From: Takakia lepidozioides
Lineage: Eukaryota; Plantae; Bryophyta
DNA: 64,000 bases
Direction: 5' to 3'
Assembly (NCBI GenBank): GCA_030704615.1
Contig: CM060732.1
Coordinates: 48,670,001 to 48,734,000 of the forward strand
Part shown: positions 38,600 to 49,924 of the stretch, one piece after another
How the letters are laid out: the number at the start of each line of letters is the position of its first letter
Position numbering within the stretch: the first letter of the stretch is position 1
The notes under the pieces: model-generated
Told to the model about the DNA's origin: nothing
The model's input: only the letters and a program-made list of their open reading frames with translations
The model's database searches: none
Made by a program: the position numbers and the translations under genes

Positions 38600-40100
38600 C
38601 CGGTGAGTGACAGTTTGTCAACACGGAGGTGCCACAGTTTGCTGGGGACAGTGTCAGTTCGAGCACTAGCGATACTAGTGGGTACACGAACGAGGTGTGT
38701 GCGATTTAGGCCACCTCACCTCCTGTGTCTTCTACGGAAGTTCGATTCGGATTGTGAATCAGGAGGACTCGCACCGTGGTTAAAGTTGTTTCCTTGTCAT
38801 TGTTTGTGGGATCAATGGAGGAGATGTATGGAGCTACCACAAGGGGCCACGAGGTACTCTGGGGCGGTGGGCATCATCGAGTTAGATGATTTTATCCAAG
38901 AGTTTGATAGTTGGTGTGATTTGCAGCAAATGCACAATCCACAACTATTTACGCCTTTCATGGCATGGAAAGGGCTGTTTCACGCACCTTGAGGGGCCGC
39001 CTATGGATGATTACCATGAGTTCAGGCGGGGGCATGAGGTTGAGATCGAGGAGTGGAGGATGTACTGGTCCCCCCGACTATGTCTCCATCATTAGGGCAC
39101 TAGAGCCACGAGAGTAGTGGCTACACTTGCCGCTGCAGAAACAAAAGGCAAATCACGGCAGTGTTCAGCAAGCATCAGTTTACTAGTGGTACAGTCGCTA
39201 CGACGTCCACCCAAGCCACTACCCGCACTACACTAGTACCCACCCGTGCCTGCCTCAACCCTGTTGTGGAGTTCTTCGAAGAGTTGAGAAGGAACTACCA
39301 AAGGGTGAGGACAGAGAAGTTGTGGAGCTTGCAAGAGTTCCAACGGAAGCCTACTGAGAGCTTGAAGGAGGCTTTCACTCGCATGAGGTGCTTGATAAAT
39401 GTCACCCAAGGGGTTACGGAAGCTGAGGCAGTCCAATTCTGGTATGGGATATTGGACAAGGAGCTGAGGAGAAGGGTGCGGGATGCAACTCTCCTACAAG
39501 CGGCCCAACCCGCAAAATGTGTTTTTTGCTGGCAAGCGGATTAAGCTCAACATGGTGGAGAAACGAGTGGTCATGGTGGGATTTGCTAAGGAGGACACCA
39601 CGGGGTAGTGGTGCTCCTAGCCACCACTATCTCACGTGCTCAAGGCAACAAGGGGGTCTAGATGAACCTAGGGAAGGACAGAGAGGACTCAGATGGCAGG
39701 GTCTCTCCCTTCATCTGCAGGCCAACAACGGGCGGAGGTGGTGTGTTGGACATGTGGAGGACCCCATGTCAACAGGATTGCCCAGAGGGAGGCAAGGGCC
39801 GGCATATGCACAGCCTGCACAATTGTCGTGTGGCATTGTGGCAAGCACGGGCATGGACAGGCCCAGTGTTAGGTTTGCATCTGAGTTGCGCCCAGGCCGT
39901 TCCAAGGGAACAATGGTGGTCGGGGGCGAGGTGGGCAGCCCAGAGAGGACGAGGTGGCCAGGCACGGTGGCAGGCCAAGGGCAAGCTCAATCATGGCCAA
40001 GGACACGGAGGTCAGGGTTATTGAACCAAGGCATGGCACCGGGCTTCAGCAGCTAGAGCAGAGGCTCGCTGCCATGGCTACAAGCTCAGGTGGTACCGGC
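38600..40100 (+). mobile_element. Decayed non-chromoviral Ty3/Gypsy-like element (possible LTR end and PBS, gag with two Zn knuckles)
   Basis: ...TCAACA then GGTGCC..GTTTGCTGGGGAC resembling an Athila-type PBS; gag-like LDDFIQEFDSW and LQEFQRKPTESLKEAFTRM; CWTCGGPH and CGHCGKHGH in shifted frames. Confidence 0.7.
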
Positions 40101-41201
40101 TCCAAGGCCGGATGGTCCACCTACTGCTCCTGAGGGAGGAGATATGGGAGGCATGGGATTCATGTGTGGAGCAGCACTACCACTAGTGCATGGTAGTCCT
40201 GCTGCAAGCCATGACTCGAGGAGCAGCACGAGTTCCTGAGCCACGAGGTGCAGAGGTGAGTTGGATCCACAGCGTGGGGAGGCAAGCCGTCAGGCTGGCT
40301 TCCAGTCATTCACCATTGGCGGAGATAGTGTCGATGTCATCCATGGCACCTAGTTCTCACCCGACTATTACCGAGGCGGAGGTTACTATGTCATTGGGGA
40401 GAGCTACACAGGCAGCATCACTACCTAGTGTTTCCAATGCTACGGCAGCTAGTGTGCTGCTGGGAGCGGCCACGTCTGTGTGCCAGGCTCCATTAATCTC
40501 GGCTACCATGATTGCGACGCCGGGGTAAGGTTGTTGTTCTTTCACTGGGCACATTAGCACTTATATACAAGACATTGGCCATGGATACTAAAGCCCCCTG
40601 GAGCTAGAGAGTTAACACATGCTAGAAGCCACAATGTTGATTCCAGATTCCAGCGCTGCTGCAAATTGAGCCCTGATTGAGCCCTGATATGAAACTGACA
40701 CCAATGCAAGTGGAAGTGGGAGAGGAAGACTTTTGTTGGCCCTGCCTTCTCTTGACATCAGGAACTGAAGAAGAAGGAACAGGAGCTGAAAGCCAAGGAG
40801 AATGCCTTACAAAAGAAGGACCGGTTTAGAGTTTGTGCTTCTCTGTCTGCATATGTTAAAGACAAGATTACCCAAAAGTCAGTATGATCTTGGGGCAGTA
40901 AATCTCCCAAATTTGATTGGCCCCAATGATGTGCTCCCAGTACTTTTCTGAACCCTTTTAGGTATGGGTTTTTCCTGAAAATCAATATCAAGCATTCAAA
41001 GGGACAAAACCTGATGGGTCCATGAAAGATTAAGTGTCCTGCAATTTGTCTACTTGAAGTGTCTGGAAAGCCCTAACTAATTACTTGTGCCAAGAACTGT
41101 GCACTAACTCTGTGAGCCCTCATAACGAAACAAAGCACCCCTCTACATTCAACCAAAAGGAAAAACCACCACCAAAGAATCAATGAAACAAACATATCAT
41201 T

Positions 41202-41900
41202 CACTACAACAAATGAGCGTTTTTATGACTTCCATACGACTATTTTTCAGTCTATATGCGTTCACTGACTACATCACTCTGTAGTGAAAAAAACCTGTCT
41301 AGCGACTAGTCTTTAGGACTGCGTTTTTGCAAGTCAAATCCATGACTGCTTGCGTGGCACCTGGAGTCTTGCTGCAGGAGGGTTGCAGTCACAACTATAT
41401 GACTAATTATGACTACAATTGTCTGTTGAGTGCTGCCTACATGGAGAGGCTTCACAGCGGGACACGTGCGCCACTGCCCAAGCGACATCATGCATTCGTC
41501 AGGGGATCATATGACTATATGTCTGCAAAGTGATGCCTACATGGAGAGGCGACGGATGGACACGTGCGCCACTGCGAATTTGACATGTCACGACGACTTT
41601 TTTCCATGATCATATGACTACATGTCTGCACAGTGATGCCTACATGGAGAGGCGCTAGCGAGACACGTATGCTATGGCAGATTTCACACGTGGTGACTAC
41701 ATGACTCGCTCATATGACTACAGGGATGTCTACATGGAGAGATAGTAGCGGGACACCTGTTGCACTTGAGATGTGACATTGGGCACACAGACAAAATATA
41801 TGACTAGCATATATGACTACGAATCTTTACACGTGGTGAAATATGGATAAAGATGTCGTGTCATATACTGCCACGTGTTCTGGTTTGAGCAAGAGTGATG
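41202..41900 (+). mobile_element. One end of a CACTA (En/Spm) element
   Basis: Starts CACTACAACAAAT; many TATGACTA and CTACATGGAGA subterminal repeats with ~100-bp period; matching end not found. Confidence 0.7.
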
Positions 41901-42499
41901 CCACGTGTCATCAAGATTGTTTTCCGAAATAGTTTATATTTTTAATGTTCATATTTTAATTTTTAGTTTTCATTAATATTTAAGAACAGGGAGATTGCAG
42001 CCTGGAATTTTTTTTAATGGTATTATTTTAATATTATTATTTAAATGAAAGTGAATTAATGATTTAAAATCTTCATTTCATGGTGAAATTCCAACATGAA
42101 AACAGAATGGATCCCTCCTGCATACTATCAACGAGGTTTGCTATTTCATGAGCATGAGCGGCATGAGCGGAGTAGTAAGACAATCGGTTTTCATGAGCAG
42201 AAGTACAAATTTCGAAAATAAAAAACAATAAAAAACAATAATTTAATGCAATGTGTCAGGAAAACAAATATATTATTCGGGCCCTTGAAGGGAAAATTGC
42301 AGTTTTGACAGTTGTGCTCATGATATTTCGTCTTCCTCTCATGTGCCAATTCCCAGCGACATGTACAACTATGGCGCCGAATTTCGCGGTAACAGGGTCC
42401 GTAACCTGAAAACGGCGACGTATTTCGCGGTATAGGTCTCTCTGGCGAAAAATGGTGCCGAATTCCGCGGCTATAGGTCCCCCCATGACAGGTAATTTG

Positions 42500-42732
42500 G
42501 GCGCCATTTTTCCAATGCATGTTGGGACTTAGGCCAGTTTTTCGGCCCAAAATAGGGAAATTCCGGCGCCATTTTTCCAACACGGTACCAGTGCATGTTG
42601 GGACTTAGCCAGTTTTTCGGCCCAAAAAGAGAATTCGACGCCATTTTCCCAGACACAGGTACCAGTGCATGTTGGGACTTTAGCCAGTTTTCGGCCCCCA
42701 AAAGAGAAATTCGGCACCATTTTTCCAGAAAT
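42500..42732. repeat. ~3.3 copies of a ~70-bp tandem repeat
   Basis: Unit GGCGCCATTTTTCC...TGCATGTTGGGACTT..CCAGTTTTTCGGCCCAAAA. Confidence 0.85.
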
Positions 42733-42949
42733 GGCCCCACAACTGCTTCTGTTGGATCTCAGTTTGAATGGAATATTGCCTCATTCCAAGAGTTTTGGGG
42801 TGCATTTCATTACACTGCCAAAAAAAAAAAAAAAAATCTAATAACACAGCAAAATGCAATTGAAAATATCCATATGGAGGATTCCCCTTTGCCCCATCAA
42901 TGATTTCTGGAATCCCTAAGGAGGAGTTTGTGCAGCTCGTTCACGCTCA

Positions 42950-45910
42950 ATGCCGTGCATGAATAAAGTCATCAATAGTCACGTTCATCCTCAACCTCTT
43001 CAGGTAAATGTAATACAGATGCTTGCACGGATAATACTTTGAACCCTTCTTTGCTTCCATCAACGAGAAGTCCGTACAATTGCAAGTCGGCTCCACTCCA
43101 ATCGTATTGTGTATACATCGTTGCGTACAGCCGAGCCGGCCGTTGCCATCCGATACACACTCCCAAGGCCGGGTGGGGGTACGTCCACGGAGCTCTGAAT
43201 AGTGCAAGCCATCCCAAGAGCATTGGCAATCCGAGTCTCATTCAACTTGTTGGGAGGGTGTCGTCTCTTCCACTCTTCCGAATCGCATTGTGGGATGTGC
43301 AGAATTGTCCAATCCGTCTCTACTGGACCGAGCAGTCTGCAATGGCTGGGTCTGAGGAACCGGAAAATGCGTGGGCCGGGATGTCTGTGCGTTGCACCAT
43401 TCGAAATCCTGCTGCACATAGAGCATCCGCCTCATTCTGAGAGAGGCTGCAAACCCAGTGCAACATGCCAGACGCCTGGAGGCTCCGGCATTCCCTTAAT
43501 CCGTACTTGGGCTTGCAAATACACAGGTCATTATGTCATGCCTACAGAACCAAAATGTGTCTGCGTTGTGGGCGTGAGCAAATGTGGGAGTCAAAAATCT
43601 GCTGCTGAAACAAGGTGCAGGTACAGCACCGTGTGGGTTCCTCCGAATCATCTCACCACAGCGTTCGTATCCACCCGGATGGCGCAGCACTTCCCTCGAA
43701 ATGCCGGCAATGTCCTCGCAATTCTCCACTGTGACTGCCGACACTCTTGTCTCCACAATGGGAATGTTGTACTGCTTTACTACAGATGGCTCGTTATGTT
43801 GCGGGGCACGCGCCCGTGCTCAAAGAGATGGCGATCTTGAACGTGCAGGACTTGCGGTGCTCGACGAGACCTCCTCGGGCACATCACGGACCACGAGGGA
43901 GCGTGCGAATATTCTTGTCAGCTCGCCATGAATCCTCTTCTCCGCCAGGTGCCTCGTCAAGTCTTCGTCTCACTGGACGGGTATGAACATCTCCTTCCAA
44001 ATGTTGGCCTCTTCGCAGCAATGGAGTGTCCCGAAGCCCTCTCGCAAGGCCGCCGCCCCACTTCCGAGGATTCTTTTGATCTAGAGGCAGTCCGCATCAG
44101 CATTTCCTGCCTGTCCGGCCCCAAGCCCCACTGTTTCCCTTCAAGAACTCGTTGTACCTGCATTGCTACATAATTGACCTCACAATGTCCTCCGTTGTGG
44201 CAGTGAGGATGTCCACCAGATGCGCCGCAGAGGAGGCACGCCAGGAAGAGTGCACTGATTCGGCCATGTTGTCGTGGGCATGTCGGTGTCGGAGTCGAGA
44301 CACATTTCCTGCACAAGCACATGTTGAGGTTACAAGCAAGTTACAATATGGCCAAGAATAATATTCAACGGGACGCGAATTCGTGCAACTCACCTCCCGC
44401 ATATAGTCGCCAAACTGGAGGAAACGATAATGCCACCATGCTAGCCAACTGACCATTGCTCCCTCGTCTGATTTCCTTACAGCACCTGACGATGTCCACC
44501 AAGCCCGTATACATGCAAACTGTGTCTCTGCATCATCCAAGGTGGGAGCGCGCTTCCACGCAAGGCACATGGAACGGTGCTCCTCTCTGAAATCTGCCGC
44601 CACGAGCCTGGTTGTGTACTGCGAAAGGCTCTGCAGAAAATAGAACCCACGAGATCTTTCCTTGCCTTCCATGGGAACATTGGGGTCTTGCCCGTACACC
44701 CTTCGGATGGCAGCCCAATTTGCTTGTGCGTTGTCCGCCATGAAACCACGGAAATTGGGAGGGGGCAATCCCGCCTTGGCCATCTGTTCGTTTATTCCCT
44801 GCCAAAGAAGCATCTCCGATTGTGTGTCCTCTCCTTTCATCTCACAAATAGCAATTGTCATTAGCATCCTGCAGTGGGTGTCGTAGACATGTGCACCCAT
44901 TGTCAACCACTGGTGATTTGTAATTCGTTTGATATGGTCGAACATGACCCAACTGTTTGACAAGTCCCCACTCGTCATCCTGTCGACCAGTTCGACGCCG
45001 CTGCCAGGTCCACACGTGGACATTTTGAATACGAAACAACGATCTGCCTCAGTCCCTTGTCCTGGAAACCTACTTCCATGAATGTAGTCATATCCACATC
45101 GTCGCTTCACCTCCAGAATGGAGTGCATATCCGAGCCACGCCCAATTTTCTGCTTGAATGAGACAATGTGGTTTCGGACATTAGGTGAACATACGTGGGA
45201 CACCGACTCCAGCAATGCCTCCATTTCCTTCTCATCGAGAGGAACTCTATCGGAGCCGTCTTCCGACATAATTCTAGCCAATGCCATCTTATGGGCGGCT
45301 TGGAGCTGTATCTGTTTGGGTTTGGCACCCGGTCTCAACTTAACCTCCTTCTGAACGAGCTGCTCTACCTCGTGGGCAGCCTCCCGCGAGTTCCCCCTCG
45401 CCAATTTGTGACAATGGGAACCAACGTGTATGCAAGCTCGGGTGAGGTCAGCGAAACGGTGCAACACATAGAACTGCTTGGCATTACAAACAGACATGCA
45501 GTGTGGTGGTTCTTTGCAATGCGCACACTTAAATGTGGAGTTCGGAACCTTCTCCTGAGCTCGAAATGGTTGATGAGCTGTGCCTGTCCAATCGGTCTCG
45601 TTCCTGTGACCTCTGGATTTAAAGTGGAAGCAAGTTGGGGAGAAACACCGCAACGCGCCCGCACAAAAAACGTAACGCACCCGCACACCATCGAGCATCT
45701 TCATGCTGGTGGTTTTGGTAACGCACCAAGGATGACCGTCATGTTTTCTATCCATATCTGTCAACATTCCGGACGCCCTCGAGTAGTCCGCCCAAGGAGG
45801 GAACTCAAAGAAGATATTACCGTCGACGTCGGCGGGAAGGCATGTAACCGATTTAATTGCGAACTTGCGTAAAGCAAAAACTAGGGCTCGTGTGCCTCCT
45901 CCACGGCCCA
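42950..45910 (-). pseudogene. MULE-type transposase B: GCM-like Zn domain, DDE core, C-terminal SWIM finger
   Basis: HDGHPW..C.G...C....C / C..C / H.GSH.H; VMFDHIKR (D1), FMADNAQAN (D2), NMAESVH (E); intron ~44310-44393; SWIM CNC..CKH at ~43020-43085. The expected CxxH reads RGFY; frameshifts and stops; N-terminus missing. Confidence 0.82.
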
Positions 45911-45911
45911 C

Positions 45912-47765
45912 TCCTTGCTGACAGAAGGTTTATTCGCCCTCCCACGGATTTGGGCGTTTCCGACACTCGTAAAACCTCGCCACCATTCCCACATGGCAGC
46001 GTGACTACTCTCTTGCGGCCATCTATGACCGCTCCGGATTTGCTCAAAAAGGTCATCCCCAAAATGAGATCCACTCCATCGATCTCGCAGATGGTGAATT
46101 TCTCACGTCCCTCCCAACTCCCCAGTTGAAGAGGAACATCAAACGCCAACCTTGTTGCCAACTGTGGTTCTCCTTTGGCAGAACGCACCTCAATAGAGGC
46201 CCCACGTCACTTGTCGGGAGTCCCAACTTTCGCGCCGCCGCCGGTGTCATGAAGGAGTGCGACGCTCCTGTGTCCACCAACAACGACACGTTAGTTCCGG
46301 ATATTATCCCATCCACGAACTATAACTGACTCCCTTTACGCAGGGCGCCAGTTTCCTGATACAACTCACAAGAATAGTTGCCTACCTTGCAAGTCCTGGC
46401 GACCACCGCTTCCACCATGCGACTGATGGTATCTTCCGACAGCTCCGTGGTTGCTCGAGTCATGTTCAATTGTCGAGGTTTTGTGCACTTCTTGGCCATG
46501 TGCCCGGGCTCCCCGCAATTGAAACACACTCCATCAAAGGTCGCCTTCTGTCCGCCATAAGTTGCTCCACCCGCTTTTCCTTTCGAAGCACCGGGTGCCG
46601 CCTTGACGTGTGATGGCCCCCCCTTCGATTTCCACGTGCCATTGTCGCCGCGTGGCCTATCCCACTTCTTGTGGTTCAGCTCCGTACGGCCTTGTCTCTC
46701 ACCCCTAGGACATCCGAGAAACATTCAGCCCTCTCAATTGCCTCGTTCAAAGTCTTGCGTGGCTTCTCCTCCAACTTCCGCCTGGCCCATGGGGCCAGTC
46801 CCGCCACAAAATTGAAGACCATTTCTGGTTCTGCCATGTCCGCGACTTCGAGCAACAGCACATTGAAAGCCTGGACATACCCCCGAATGTCATCTGTTTG
46901 CTTCAAATTCCTCATTTTGTCCCGGGCAAGCCAAGACGCGTTGAGGGGCACAAACTGTCTCTTCATCAATTCCTTGAACCCACTCCGGTTCAAGGTTTCC
47001 AGGCTTGGGCCTTGGTCGTGAAGGCGTTTCTGCCACCATTGTTGAGCATAGCCCCTCAAATAGGTGGGAGCCACTTCCACCCGATCCTCGTCACTCAACT
47101 TGGCCGCCCGAAAGTACTGCTCTAGCTCCAGGAGCCAGGTGTTGAGTGCCTTCCGATTTCGGATGCCCTCGAAGGTGCCGGGTTCCTTAGGCTTCACCTT
47201 AAACTTTGCCTTAGTGGAAGTGGCATTAGCCGCCTTCAACACATCTTTCAACGTCCCGCCAAACTGCGCTAACAACCCTTCCCAAAAGGCTGCCGGCATG
47301 GGAGGCATCTCTTGGTTTGTCGGAGCTCTCAAGGATTCCTCGGGCTCCGACTCCTCGGATTCCTCCCGCTCTTGAGCGGCCTCGTTTTCGGAAACATGCA
47401 TCGCTTCCTCAAACGGCTGCCTCGGTGACACGTCGCCCCCATCGGGCTCACCAGGATCATCATCTTTTGGGCCATTCCGCTTTCGCTTCGGCTTGCCCGA
47501 CCCCATTATGAGGCCAATCCCAAGGACGATCGCGTACTGAACTCTAAGCTCTGATACCAAGTGTCGCGCACCTCTCTTCGGTAAGCTCCCCTTCACGTCA
47601 TAGTTACTCGCTTTGATGCGCGCGCCTGACTCCCAACCTGGCCGCCGGGCCAACTTGGAGCTTCGGATGCTCACCGGGACATAACGGTCCCCCTTCGCTC
47701 CCCACTAAACCCTCCACCTATTTGGGACTAGTGGAATTCCCTTTGGTAGATGGCAGTCCGGAACA
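45912..47765 (-). mobile_element. Truncated Ty3/Gypsy element: 204-bp LTR, tRNA-iMet PBS, gag-CCHC-protease
   Basis: LTR 47765-47562 (TGTT...GACA); PBS TGGTATCAGAGC 47559-47548; gag ATG 47506; CFNCGEPGHMAKKC; LLVDTGASHSF; ends after the protease with no RT or 3' LTR. Confidence 0.88.
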
Positions 47766-49176
47766 GCTCCGCCCACTGTGGACATCTTGAACAAATACAC
47801 CTTGGACGAGCCCTGGCCAGGGAAGATACTGTTTTGAATGAATTCATAGTGACTCCTCCGTTTGAGGTCCATAATGTTGTCCATAAATCCAGCACTGCCT
47901 GTGCCCATTCTAAGTGCATTCACCTGGTTTTGAATATTGGGAGAGCTCAACACGGAGAAATGGTCCATCACTGCATCAAACAAATCTGCATCTAGCATTC
48001 GTTGTGTCGCATCCCCTTCACTCAGTATGTGTTTTTCCAGGAATGCCTTGCTAGCTGCAAGCGCTATAGCAGAAGGTGTTGCACAAAGGGCATTGTGGAA
48101 CTCCTGCTTCAGCAGATTTCTAGCGATGTCCACGCTATCCCTGCAACTTCCTTTTGACACAGGATGCTCGTGTGTACCCATATGAATGCAGGCATGAGTC
48201 ATTGTCTTGCATCGGTGTGCCACCTGGTACATACGAGTGTGGCACACAGAAACACAGGACGGGGAAAGTTTGCAGAACCTGCAGACAAAAGTATTGGTCT
48301 TGGGATGGGCAATCCCTGGGGTGAAAGGATTCAGGGGCACACCTTCCCACTCACTTTCGTTTGGTTTAGCGTTGTTTCTCAGGCGAGGGCAAGAAATATT
48401 CACGCACTTGCAATGCCCAACGCAAACCGACCTTCGAAATTTCAATCCAATGTCGTTGTGGATGTTCGATGTTTCTGTCCTGTACCAAGGGTGCCCGTCA
48501 TGTTTCTTGTCCATGCCCTGCAGAAGCCCAGCTAGTCCATTGGAAGACGTGGGAGGGTTGAGCTCAAACAAGATGTCCCCATCAAACTCTGCTGGCACAT
48601 ATTGAACCCGCTGCACCCGAATGGACTCCCAATCAATAAAACGCAGCTCGCTCTTGCACCCAGGCACCCTGACGAGGGCTTTCAATTTCGGAATGACACT
48701 CGTTATCTCCTGCAATTCGTCATCATCCAAGAATGGAGTCTGCACTGGCGGAGGAATCTCAGAAACATCCTCCGAGGACGAGTCTGAAAGAGTCACGAAT
48801 GTGGTGGATGTGCTCACCTCTTGTTTCACATGAACTGGGCCCTTCTGCTGCACGACCGATGCTGCAGTGCCAGGGGTAAGTACTGATCCTGCTGATTGTC
48901 TTCTCTCTTTTCCAAGGACGCGGTATGTGCCTGGAAGGACTCTCCACTTCCTTCCACACTCGTCAACCAATGGTCTCTCCAAGTGCCCAGAATCCAAATT
49001 CCCATCCTCGTCATACACCTCTTTTTGAACAAGCAAGAACTCAATTCTAGAGGGAACACTGTAACCAGCTCATCCTCATGAACAACTGCAAATCCATCGT
49101 CATCTACAGTGGCAGTCAGTGGAAGACTACCTGCATTGGAATGAAATCGAGCGAGTCTATCTCCCTCCCTGGACAT
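47766..49176 (-). pseudogene. MULE-type transposase A, N-terminal half (GCM-like domain), cut by the LTR insertion
   Basis: Paralog of transposase B (MDKKHDGHPW, CVGHCKC..SCP, CRFC, ACIHMGTHEHP, FPGQG..FKMST); homology stops exactly at the LTR; probable ATG 49176 with frameshift near 49040. Confidence 0.82.
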
Positions 49177-49924
49177 GTTTTCCTAAATTGACCCAAAGTT
49201 GCGATCCACAAAGGGTCCCCCGAACTGATAGCCCGCAATTCCCGAAAGGGGATCCACCCCAAACGAACTGAGGTGAGTAAGGGTAGCACTGACCCAAAGA
49301 CTGCGGGCGATGCACTCAATGGACGTAAGAATGACATGCACGGCGAAAGTCTCCACTGAACTTCGCAGTCTGCCACACTGGGAGACACCAACCAGAAAAA
49401 CTATTTTCAAAGACAAGAAGCCACAAGAAGCCGTGCTGTATTTGGATGAAAAGCAAACCCTGAACATGACATGAAACCATCCATTATGGAAAGACGGCAA
49501 TGACCCTAGAGACCAGTAAACAGGAAACCCCGAATCTAATGAGGTTGTGTTGTGCCAGAAGAGCACAACACAAACACTGACACTCCGGGGGACATCTCGC
49601 ACGAATGTGTGCAACACATCACCATTGCCGACACAAACTTTTATACCGAATGACCGCATTGCGACGGTGACGGCGAAATGCAAACCGCTGGGTAGGCACT
49701 ACAACATACGTGGATGCATATGTGAAGCAACACAATTATTGCGAATCTGCAAGTACTGCTCGAAATTGAACTAGCAATAGATCTTTACGGCACTTCGGAA
49801 TTTGAAAGAATGCAAGAAGCCTGCCATGTATTGCCTGCCGGTGAAGTACATCTGACATATATCACAAGTACATGCAACGGCATTGGAAGTGCCACCATTT
49901 TTTTTTTTGGATAATACAAAGACG

